Shown here: positions 14,401 to 25,458 of the stretch, piece after piece | Position numbering within the stretch: the stretch's first letter is position 1 | Layout: each line of letters begins with the position of its first letter | Notes under the pieces: generated by a model | The model's database searches: none | What the model was told of the DNA's origin: nothing | Seen by the model: only the letters and a program-made list of their open reading frames with translations | Made by a program: the position numbers and the translations under genes | DNA from: Chrysomallon squamiferum | Taxonomy: Eukaryota; Animalia; Mollusca | Assembly (NCBI GenBank): GCA_012295275.1 | Contig: CM022679.1 | Span: 868,001-932,000 of the forward strand | Direction: 5' to 3' | Length of the DNA stretch: 64,000 nt

Positions 14401-17065
14401 GATACTCAGAAGGAAAAAGAAGAGAGAGCGAGAGAGTGAGAGAGTGAGAGTGAGAGTGAGAGTGAGAGAGTGAGAGTGAGAGTGAGAGTGAGAGAGAGAG
14501 AGTGAATGTAGAACAAAAAGAGAAAACGTGTTAATGAGAGTGTTTGTTTGCAGGTTTGGAGATGGGTACACTGTGTGTTTATGTGAGTGTTTGTTTGCAG
14601 GTTTGGAGATGGGTACACTGTGTGTTAATGAGAGTGTTTGTTTGCAGGTTTGGAGATGGGTACACTGTGTTTATGTGAGTGTTGGTGTTTGCAGGTTTGG
14701 AGATGGGTACACTGTGTGTTAATGAGAGTGTTTGTTTGCAGGTTTGGAGATGGGTACACTGTGTGTTTATGTGAGTGTTGGTGTTTGCAGGTTTGGAGAT
14801 GGGTACACTGTGTGTTAATGAGAGTGTTTGTTTGCAGGTTTGGAGATGGGTACACTGTGTGTTTATGTGAGTGTTGGTGTTTGCAGGTTTGGAGATGGGT
14901 ACACTGTGTGTTTATGTGAGTGTTTGTTTGCAGGTTTGGAGATGGGTACACTGTGTGTTTATGTGAGTGTTGGTGTTTGCAGGTTTGGAGATGGGTACAC
15001 TGTGTGTTTATGAGAGTGTTTGTTTGCAGGTTTGGAGATGGGTACACTGTGTGTTTATGTGAGTGTTTGTTTGCAGGTTTGGAGATGGGTACTCTATGTG
15101 TTAATGAGAGTGTTGGTGTTTGCAGGTTTGGAGATGGGTACATTGTGTGTTAATGAGAGTGTTTGTTTGCAGGTTTGGAGATGGGTACACTGTGTGTTTA
15201 TGTGAGTGTTGGTGTTTGCAGGTTTGGAGATGGGTACACTGTGTGTTTATGTGAGTGTTGGTGTTTGCAGGTTTGGAGATGGGTACACTGTGTGTTAATG
15301 AGAGTGTTTGTTTTTCAGGTTTGGAGATGGGTACACTGTGTGTTTATGTGAGTGTTGGTGTTTGCAGGTTTGGAGATGGGTACACTGTGTGTTTATGTGA
15401 GTGTTGGTGTTTGCAGGTTTGGAGATGGGTACACTGTGTGTTTATGTGAGTGTTGGTGTTTGCAGGTTTGGAGATGGGTACACTGTGTGTTTATGTGAGT
15501 GTTGGTGTTTGCAGGTTTGGAGATGGGTACACTGTGTGTTTATGTGAGTGTTGGTGTTTGCAGGTTTGGAGATGGGTACACTGTGTGTTTATGTGAGTGT
15601 TGGTGTTTGCAGGTTTGGAGATGGGTACACTGTGTGTTTATGTGAGTGTTGGTGTTTGCAGGTTTGGAGATGGGTACACTGTGTGTTTATGTGAGTGTTG
15701 GTGTTTGCAGGTTTGGAGATGGGTACTCTATGTGTTAATGAGAGTGTTGGTGTTTGCAGGTTTGGAGATGGGTACACTGTGGTGATGCACATTCAAGGCT
15801 TGTCTAACCAGAGATTCAGTGTTGAACATTTGTTCTTGTCTCGATTCCCTGGAGCATCAGTCAAGGTCAGTTCAGATGAAGCGCTGGAGGTGAGTTTTCT
15901 TTTCAAAGTTTCAGGCTGCTGCTTCCTCCTCGCACACCTTTTCCCACCTTGTTTGCTGCTCACCTGTGTTGTTGTTTGTGGTGAGTCCGTTCAAACGTTT
16001 CTAATCTTCTGCAGTTGAAGGTAGGTAGGAAAGGAAGAAAAGAAAATCTTCTTTTTTTTTTCAGTTCCTTACAAATCATTATGATCATCTCTCATAAAAA
16101 AAAAATCAGTTCTTTTTGTCATCAACGGTGACATTTTCAACTGATTCATTACCCAGACTGAAAATCCAAACATTTCAAAATGACATTTTTAATAAATCAT
16201 TGTTGTTTGATAGAATCGTATCACAAACCTGTTTTACTTACTGCAGCAGTATCATGTAAGATATCTGTCAAAAAGCATTGGTAGGTTCTTCCCTGGATCT
16301 GGGTAGGTCTGTATTAAAACAATGTATCAGCTGTATTGATTAATAAAAGAAAACCCTCTAACATGTTTCCTTTCTCATCTGCTTTTTAATTTTGTGGTCA
16401 AATAACAATTAAATAAACACTTATTGTGAGTGCATTGAATAAAATGTTTCACTTGAATCAAATGAAATCCTTTTCAAAGTGAGTCATTAGCATTTGTTGT
16501 TCAAACACTTTAGGAATGGGTTGTACACAGTTGTAAGTTTCACTGTAACATACAGTGGAGGTGTACAATACAAAAGTAAAATGAATAGTAAACAAAAAAT
16601 ATATAATGATTGTTAATCTTTTATTGTACGAACACAGTATTCATGTTATTATGTTTTATGTAAATAATACTGTGTGTTTTATGTATTGCCTGGCATGTTT
16701 TACATAGTTTCTATCATACTACTGATCTGGAAACATTAATAATTTATCATGTTCAAAACAGTATTTATGATGTTGCTGTGGAAACTGCTTCCTTTATCTT
16801 AACTGTACACACTGATAAACAAATCAATGATATATTTATATGTTGGTTCAGAAATATGAAGTCTCCTTTAAGATTTCTTTTTAATTTCATTCCTTACCAT
16901 TTCTATGTACACAGCTTTACACTGTACTTTGTTTTGGCCATACTAAATTGTTAAAATCTTGGCATGCATAAACAGATTTAGTTATATCTGAAAGGAAAAT
17001 GAATATTTCTAAATCATAATACATATATGTATGTATGTATGTATGTGTGTATATATATCTATATC

Positions 17066-17098
<33 letters not shown>

Positions 17099-18659
17099 CT
17101 ATATAATTATATTAGTTTAATTTAGCATGTAGATTATGTAATCCATTCTGAATAATTTAAGAGGATTTTTATAATGAAGTTGATTTTATGTATTTTTTTT
17201 TAAGCTATTTTGAATTTATTGAGTTTATTAAATATATGTATTTATGAAGTAATTTATTGTGAAATTATTTTGAAATTATTAAGTAATATATTTGTAACTG
17301 ATGGTGAAATTACAATGAAGTTTTTGTGTTATATTTAAGACTGATAATGATGTGTTTGTGTTATATTTAAGACTGACAATGATGTTACTTTCAGGGTGAA
17401 CATCAGACAGTGATGGAAGTAAGCATTCCCCGGGGGGTAACCTCTGTGGCTGAGCTGTTTTCTATCCTGGAACAGGCCGAAAGAGAGGGCCACATAAGTT
17501 ACTACTCTCTCTCACAGACAACACTTGATTCAGTTAGTTATCTTTTTCTGATTACAATACACACAAGTTACTACTTTCTCTCACAGACAACACTTAATTC
17601 AGTTAGTGGTCTTTTTCTGTTTACAATACACACAAGTTACTACTCTCTCTCACAGACAACACTTGATTCAGTTAGTTATCTTTTTTTGATTACAATACAC
17701 ACAAGTTACTACTTTCTCACAGACAACACTTGATTCAGTTAGTGGTCTTTTTCTGATTACAATACACACAAGTTACTACTTTCTCTCACAGACAACACTT
17801 GATTCAGTTAGTGGTCTTTTTCTGATTACAATACACACAAGTTACTACTCTCTCTCACAGACAACACTTGATTCAGTTAGTTATCTTTTTTTGATTACAA
17901 TACACACAAGTTACTACTTTCTCACAGACAACACTTGATTCAGTTAGTGGTCTTTTTCTGATTACAATACACACAAGTTACTACTTTCTCTCACAGACAA
18001 CACTTGATTCAGTTAGTGGTCTTTTTCTGATTACAATACACACAAGTTACTACTTTCTCTCACAGACAACACTTGATTCAGTTAGTGGTCTTTTTCTGAT
18101 TACAATACACACAAGTTACTACTTTCTCTCACAGACAACACTTGATTCAGTGGTCTTTTTCTGATTATAATATACACAAGTTTCATAGATTGTCATCTTT
18201 TAAATTCTAAATATAATATGCATGTCAGTTATTCCTCTTAAGACTGAATTCATTTAGTCATCTTTCACTATTAGTTACTCAACACATGTAAATTACATGG
18301 TATAGGATGTGACATTGATTGTGTTTGTTTATATCATGTCAACCATCCCAATTTGCTTCCTTAGTTCATGATTCAGTTATAAAACATGATACTGTTTTGT
18401 ACTTCAGGTTTTTCTCAGCTTTGCCCATCTGCAGGCAGACCCTGATGTCATTGACCAGGGATCTGATGATTCTATTTTCACTGACCAATCACAGACCTTG
18501 AAAGTCCCTGCATTCTCCAATCAGATTTACTCTTACACCAATCCTCAGTTTGCCTGTGGTCCTGATGACATCATTATTCTTGAGCAGAAGTCAGACAACT
18601 TGGAGTATATCCCAGATCGCTACACTGACTCTGAAGGCAGAATGTCTGTGAAAATGTAG
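15..18659 (+). CDS. ABC transporter subfamily A (ABCA1/12/13-like lipid exporter), 5'-truncated by the window: NBD1, R1, TMD2/ECD2, NBD2, R2
   Basis: GT-AG exons with matching phases: 15-183, 621-740, 1055-1138, 1557-1753, 2290-2459, 2780-2810, 3737-3948, 4366-4477, 5147-5405, 5930-6031, 7308-7544, 7942-8111, 8429-8489, 8647-8824, 9448-9563, 9942-10098, 10347-10600, 10965-11082, 11600-11668, 12012-12118, 12464-12602, 13123-13257, 13644-13747, 14142-14234, 15760-15865, 17395-17532, 18408-18659 (TAG). Motifs: [122 protein letters not shown]. Exact orthologue not assignable by eye. Confidence 0.95.
3371..3746 (+). repeat. 53-54-bp minisatellite x7 whose unit spans an ABCA 3' splice site
   Basis: Unit tacagagagattagtgtatttctaatatttgtttttacacccag|gctactgcaa; the last copy supplies the real acceptor (exon starts 3737). 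Confidence 0.95.
4488..4930 (+). repeat. 30-bp minisatellite, about 14-15 copies, starting about 10 nt after the donor at 4477
   Basis: Unit acatcccttcatcaactcatgatctataac; gives the spurious minus-strand ORF ([10 protein letters not shown])n. Confidence 0.95.
10615..10880 (+). repeat. Degenerate tandem repeat of ttgttagaattt-containing units just after the donor at 10600
   Basis: Recurrent (ttg)ttagaa(t/c)tt about every 22-27 nt. Confidence 0.7.
12596..13057 (+). repeat. 24/18-bp compound minisatellite built from an ABCA 5' splice site (12 donor copies)
   Basis: aaacaaa|gtgagtttctagttaca and aaacaaa|gtaagtttctagttaca units alternate with aaacagtttctagttaca; the first copy is the real donor (exon ends 12602). 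Confidence 0.95.
14528..15781 (+). repeat. 47-49-bp minisatellite, 26 copies, spanning an ABCA 3' splice site
   Basis: Unit gtgtgtttatgtgagtgttggtgtttgcag|gtttggagatgggtacact; the exonic part encodes FGDGYT, and the last copy continues into the true exon at 15760. Confidence 0.95.
17491..18182 (+). repeat. 67-69-bp minisatellite, about 10 copies, spanning an ABCA exon end and 5' splice site
   Basis: Unit cacacaagttactactctctctcacagacaacacttgattca|gttagtggtctttttctgattacaata; the first copy is the coding [14 protein letters not shown] with its donor at 17532/17533. Confidence 0.95.
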
Positions 18660-21600
18660 ACTGTGGACCACTGTTTCGTGTCTCCTTGTTATTTTAGAGA
18701 CTTGCATTAAAATTAAACATGAAAACAATAGTGACTGGTTGAATACCAAAAATATTACATGCATTAAAATAAAAAAAATTAAAATTAAAATTTAAATAAT
18801 AATAGTAATAATAATAATAAAAAATAAATGAATAAATAATAATAATAATAATAAACCCTGGTTTTACTGATATCACTGTAACTATTATAAATTTTTACTT
18901 GTTAATTTCTGGAGAAAAGTTGAGTGTATTGTGAAATAAATAAACAAATAAAAATTAAATAGATTTTAGAGTATCTAAAATAAATAAAATTAGAAAATTT
19001 TAAATAAACAATTTGGTATTTAATAAATAAAGAAATATTTTTGTAAAAGAATTATAAATTTTGTTAAATAGTATGAAATGATTTATGAACATTACAAAAC
19101 TATTAACAGATGTTTACTGTTATATTCTGTTTAATGACTCATTCTAACTGTGATGAAAAAATATTTATTTTTATTTTATTTATGCAGCTGGATTTGGTTG
19201 ATGTAGTACATGTTTGTTGTTGTATATTAACTGAAGTAATTCAGGTGTCAGATTGTGTTTATGCCACCTGCAAAAAATCATTCACTTATACTCTTTGTGA
19301 ATTTCTTTTTCTTTTCTTTTTTAAAAAGTTTTTACTATTAAAAGCCCATCATTTTTCTTTTAAATGAAATACAAATAATGGAAACCTGCCAACAACATTC
19401 AAAGTTAGTGCAGTATAAAGAGGAGCTCAGTTCAGTTTTAAAAATATTTCCTTTGTCTTACCTCACTGTTACAGAATATCATTACAGCACTCTTGGAAAG
19501 GTTTTTGAAATTTTTATATTTTTATATTTTTTATATTTTCACCAACAGAACTGACACATTTTGGTGGAATTGGTCACTCATGTAGTTAAATATAGGTACT
19601 TCCACTGTAAAATATATTTTTATGTATTGTCTATTCATAGATCTTGTTTTTTAACTAAATGCAAGATACTCTCTTTAATTTTAGAAAACTTCTGAACAGA
19701 CAAACTTAATACAGATGTTTCTTAAAAATATGCTTACTGTGATGAAATTCTTATTTACAAATAATTTTGAAATGTTTTATTTATTTTTGTATGCCTTAGA
19801 AATTTTAATTTTTTTATATAAAAGGGCATTTTTGATACATATATACTGTAAAGTGTGAGAAAGAGAAAAAAAACCCACATTGTTTGGTCTTGGAATGGCA
19901 TTATTAATTTTGTATTGGACATTACAGAATTAAGTGACATTAATATTTATTAATAGCTGTGCTGGAACCAATGTACTTTAAAAGATTTAAGTTGGCTGAT
20001 TGTGTTTTTGTAAGTTTTGTTTGAAAATGTTTTCATTCACATCTTTTCAAACAGAATAAATTCCACTCTTTAATTTGTGAGTAAAATTAGTGTTTTCAAA
20101 AATCTGTCTCTTCTGTCTCGTCTCCATGTTTCATGTTATAGTTCAATTTTTTAATTTTTTTTTTTTTACATTAAAAATGTTTCTATTTAAAAATATTTTT
20201 TGCATTCAATATTGAACTAATTTCCGTTTTGTGTTAAGTGAATATACTGAAATATGTTAGTTATCATAGTAACCATATCTTGTGTGATAGCTAATATACA
20301 TTATTATTTATGTGTATTCAGCCCCTGACTTTAAAATGTTGATATTCTCTCACACAGACAACCACAGAATGTTTGGTATCCACACAAATGCTGGATCTTC
20401 TTGGTCATTACATATGATCACAAATGTCCTTATTACGTATTGTGTCTTTTATATATTATTAAATCAGGACAGTCCAAGCATGTCATAGAGTGGTCAGCCA
20501 GTTAAGTCTTATTATCAAAAACTGATCAGAATAATAATACTAATAGTACTACTACTACTACTACTACTACTAATAGTACTATTACTACAACTACTACTAC
20601 TACTAATAATAATAGTAATACTATTATTAATAGTACTACTATTGTTACTACTACTACTAATAAAACAATTTAAGGAAGGAAAAAAAAAAATGGCATAGAT
20701 CCTCTGTAACCATCCAAATATTCTTCATCCTGGCTGTCCATTATTTCAAATTATTTTTATATGTTTTTTTAATTATAGAATATTTAACTATACATTTATA
20801 TATATATCTATATATGACAGTTTAATATTTTTATGTTTATTTATATATATAAAACAAACTTTGCATAATAAATATTTATAATCTTTGTTATTGAAAGTTT
20901 GAATTAATGCATCAAATGTTATTTTTCTTTATCATGTTTTTGTTTTTAGTTAATTTGATTACAAGCAGAAAAAAAAACAAGAAGAAAAATTCATTACTTT
21001 TGTCTTTTTGTTATATAAGTGCACACATTGTTTCATATGTAACTTTTGGTTTTTTGCACTGAAAATAATTTTTGCTGGACTATTAAAAGCAGCACTGATG
21101 TTTCATAGTTTTAATTGGTGCAAAACTTTTAAACAAATAAAATAAAAAAATGTTTAAAAATGGAAATTAATAAATTTCATGAATAAAAATTGTAATGAAT
21201 TTGAGAGGGCTGAGTTGTGATTTTTATTTCTTCATTAATGTCCCAGGATTTTAAAAATATATATATATACTGAGTAACCAAATGTTTTTGTTTTACTTAT
21301 TTTGTATACAGCAAAAATAACTTTCACAAATTAAATGGAACAGAGGGCAATTCTAGAACTCAGAGGATCAAATCTCCACAGGGTATTTTCTAGTAAGTAT
21401 CATGTGTTAAATATCACAGTAAATAACCAGACAGAATTATCACTAGAATAATAATGCGTATTGTGTATGCTTTCATGGCACTAGCAAAAAAGTAAAATTA
21501 TTATTTTCTAAGAGTGGCTCTCTAATATTTTATCTGTACAGATGTCACAAACTTCATTTAATAACCATTACTGGCATGTGCTGATGTTAAAACAATGATG

Positions 21601-21723
21601 TCTCTTTTAAATGTAGATCTGAATGCATGTGGTAAATTTCCAGTTTAAGAATGTAACTAAATATACAAATATTTGCCTGAATATACAAAAATGAAGATCT
21701 TCATTTTCCATAACCAGATTTAT

Positions 21724-23757
21724 TCATGTGTCATCTGAAAGGAAGAAACACTGAGCAAAGGCATCTTCTATGTTGATGTCACTGAGGGATTCATTTGGTT
21801 CATGATGAGATTGCTCAATCTCAGAATGTGACTGTTTTGATTCATGATGAGATTGCTCAATCTCAGAATGTGACTGTTTTGATTCATGATGAGATTGCTC
21901 AATCTCAGAATGTGACTGTTTTGATTCATGATGAGAGTGCTCAATCTCAGAATACGACTGTTTTGATTCATGATGTGTTTCTCCTGAGAGTTTCAATTCT
22001 GAGTCAACAGATGTGAGTGAAGCTTGTGTAGTTAAATCAACCATTTTATCTTTAACCACATCAACACTGTTATCAACACTCAAACATGAATCAGCAGAAT
22101 TGAAATGTTTCTCAGTCTGCAAGTCACTGCTGGATGGTTTGTGTTTTTGTTGTTTAAATCTTTTGCTGATTTCTACATCTGACATATCTGGTTCTGATGA
22201 CTCTATCATTCTAATAAAATTATCAAAAAATCTGTAAAAAGAAAAAACAAATTTGTATATAGTTCACAAGCAAGAAGTATTTAAAAAATAAATAAATAAA
22301 TAAAAGCAAATTAAAAATGAATAATAAAAAGATAATAAATTATTTACTTAAATATTTTAAAGTAAATTACTAAAAACTATTAAAAAATTTGTAAGAAATA
22401 AAAACAGTGTAAAATATACCTATAATATAAATTCCACAAATCTTAAGAATAACTGATCACATAATTTAAACAAAAATTCTTAAATGTAAAAAACAAATCT
22501 ACTAATGTACAAAATAATAATAATAATAAAGAGAAATGAAATGCAAATAAAAAATTAAAAAGAAATGAAAACCTATTTTAAGCAGCTGATACAACAGAAA
22601 ACATGAAAATAAAGTAATTTAACAAAACAACTGAAAAACATTAACCTGTCAATTCTTTTACTGTTTTCTTTCATTTTCTTGTTTGCACAGTCCACTAAAA
22701 ATTCCAAATACTGAAAGATATTTGATAAGAGAATACATATTAACAGTTGTACACAAAACAAAAAAAATGAATTCATAAATTCTAATACTGAGGTCAAAAG
22801 TTTTTTAAGGTTTGTTTTAGTGTCCTTCCCACAGTCAGTAAATATTAGATATACTGAAACAAAACATATGATTAATTTACGGGTGTATTAAAAAACGATC
22901 TAATTAGATGCCAAAATGCTAATCTTCAAACCCATCTGCAGAGTTCAAAATAGTAAATCATTCTGCTTAACCTTAAAATGACATCTTCATCATTTTAAAA
23001 AAATTTTTTTTTTTTTAAATATTTTTTTTAGAACTCTCAACAGAAATTAAAAATGTTTTATTATTTTCTACACTGTTTAATTATTTTAAAGTAACTGATT
23101 CAATTAATAAAAATTCAAAATAATGAAAAACAGATGTTATTTGCAGTACTTTATTGCTGACAAGAATCTCTCCTCTGCATGATAATGGGACTTCCAGCAT
23201 ATGTGTGCTTCTCACTGCCTAGAACAAGAAAATTAGTTCCAAATTTAAAAAAATAAATAAATATAAATAAATAAATAAATAAATAAATAACTGGAAAGTT
23301 GTTATTCATCAAATATTTAATATACTTCTTTGAAATCAGTTAAATAAAAACTTTCTCGTAATTTAAGTCTTAAATGTGAAATAAACCAGTGCCTTTAATA
23401 ATAGTAATTAAAAAATAATCCAAACAGCATGTTAGTATTAACTTCTGTCATTGAATATCAACAGTTGTAATATTTATTGCTTACCATTATGATTTTTCCT
23501 TTGTTGCCAACACTGATTCCTGAATTCCTTAAACCAGATGCAACAGCAACTGAATGCTGAAAAAAAAAAAATAATAATAATAATAATAATAATAAATGGA
23601 AAATATACTAAAATAAATAAATATATAAAATGTCAATAAGCAAATAAAAAACCAAATAAATAAAAAATATAAAAATAAATAAATAATTAAATATAATCTA
23701 AGCATTTACACCACAAAAAAGTAAATGATTAAATATATCAATCATTTATGGTACCAA

Positions 23758-23804
<47 letters not shown>

Positions 23805-24247
23805 ATATAATCTCAAATAAAACAGTAAATAAATAAAAATTAATGTTTTATATTTATTTTTAATGACACAACTTACCAACTTGCGAGCATGTTGGATATT
23901 TCTGCACTGAATGTGTAAAATGAGTGGTTCAAATTTGAAAACAGCTTCTCCTGTTAATCCATTCAAACTTGCAGTCTGAAAACACAAATCAGAAGAGGGT
24001 AAGTAGGTTCAAACGACTTTAATGATGTTATTATTATCTTTATTTGTATTTTATTTTTTTCAACATTTACATACAGAACAAAAAGAACAAAACATATAAG
24101 ATTGTATCTACATAACAATTTTAAGAATATACAGAGAACTGATTTTTGTTTTTTATTTAAGAAATAAAAAACAAAAAGAATAAAATGTAAGATTGTATCT
24201 AGAGAGGTATTAAAAAAGAAAACTAATTATTTTTATTATTACTAATT

Positions 24248-24278
<31 letters not shown>

Positions 24279-25084
24279 TACCACTACTATTACTGTTGCA
24301 TATGCAACATAGTACTTGAAATGATATATAAAAGTGAAAGAGAAATATTACACAAGAATGTAACAATAAGTTACCAATTCACTCATTTCAATGCAGTCAT
24401 GTGATGTAAACAGCCAATGACAACCTTTCTTTTTCACTGAATCATCTGCATTCTGTAGTAAAAGAAAACAATTTTTGTTTGTCAATTTTTTTTAAAGAAT
24501 TAACTGTATGTTAAATGTATTTTTCTTATAATTGTGTCATATTAATCTTAATATATGCTGCTAAATTATATAAATACTGTAGTACACGGAGTTATCATAT
24601 ACACAATACTGAAAGACACTTGTATGAAAACATAATGCACTGACCAATATATTATACAATCACGTCCATTATACTCCCACAGAATTTCCAATAGCCAATA
24701 TACACCCACGTGCACTTATTACTAATAATATTAATACAGAATACACACAGGTAACTAACTAATTAGCTGGTTTCAGATAATCAAAGAATCATTTCTAGTT
24801 GTTTAATGATGCTTTAACTACAGATTATGAGAATTATGTATTGTGTAACGTCTTATTGTCAATATACGAAATATCTATCTATCTACAAATGCATTTTGTT
24901 TTTTAAAACTTACATTCTGAAAAATAAGTATTCTTCCAGAACACGAACTTGTTGTGAAGTAGTGTTTTTGTTTATTAATAAACTCCACAAGATTCTTAAT
25001 AGAACTATCCACCGAGCCTTTCCTGCTTAAATCTAAACCCGATAAAGTGCTTTCTTTTTGAATGTCAAATATCAAAGTGTTCAT
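21724..25084 (-). CDS. TYW3: tRNA wybutosine-synthesizing protein 3 (tRNA-Phe methyltransferase)
   Basis: Seven minus-strand exons: 25084-24914, 24452-24375, 23975-23877, 23556-23485, 23218-23150, 22710-22646, 22231-21724. Motifs DLSRKGSVD, FTTSSCSGRI, KKKGCHWLFTSH, FKFEPLILHIQCR, SGLRNSG, AVRSTHMLEVPL, ANKKMKENSKRIDRF match the TYW3 family. Confidence 0.95.
21799..21974 (-). repeat. Coding 42-bp tandem repeat (HHESKQSHSEIEQS, about 4 copies) in the TYW3 C-terminal tail
   Basis: ttcatgatgagattgctcaatctcagaatgtgactgttttga repeated in frame within the last TYW3 exon. Confidence 0.9.
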
Positions 25085-25458
25085 CTTGAAATTTAGCGTT
25101 TACAAATCAGAATATCACAAACTTTATATTAAATTAAATTTTATCCATACAGAGTTATGTCCTCTTCTTCAATTAAAGGGGAATGATTGGAAGCTTCCGG
25201 GTTATATTTATATATTTTTTTTACATTCTCTAAAAAAGAAATAGTAATGAGAGCACACAGTTTATAAACAAAATGTTACATTCATATTATTAGTTACTGT
25301 TCAACGATATAAATATAAACTCCGATTAGCTATATTTTTTAATTCAGCTAAAGGACATGTGTCTCTGATCAGGTAGTGATTTCCTGGGTGGAAAGAAGTA
25401 AATGAATATTTTGACATAAGTTGACTGAACCGGCCCGTATTGGAATAATTATCTGACC
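25085..25458. promoter_or_regulatory. Putative bidirectional promoter TYW3/ZDHHC6
   Basis: Divergent ATGs 374 bp apart. Contains agagttatgtcctctt (25151-25166), a reverse CCAAT (attgg, 25186-25190) and an ETS-like cttccgg (25194-25200). Confidence 0.7.

Noticed and set aside
14528-15781. Regular repeat arrays (also 3371, 32101, 41307) as CRISPR-like loci
   Set aside because: Units are head-to-tail with no unique spacers, there are no cas genes, and the context is eukaryotic introns.
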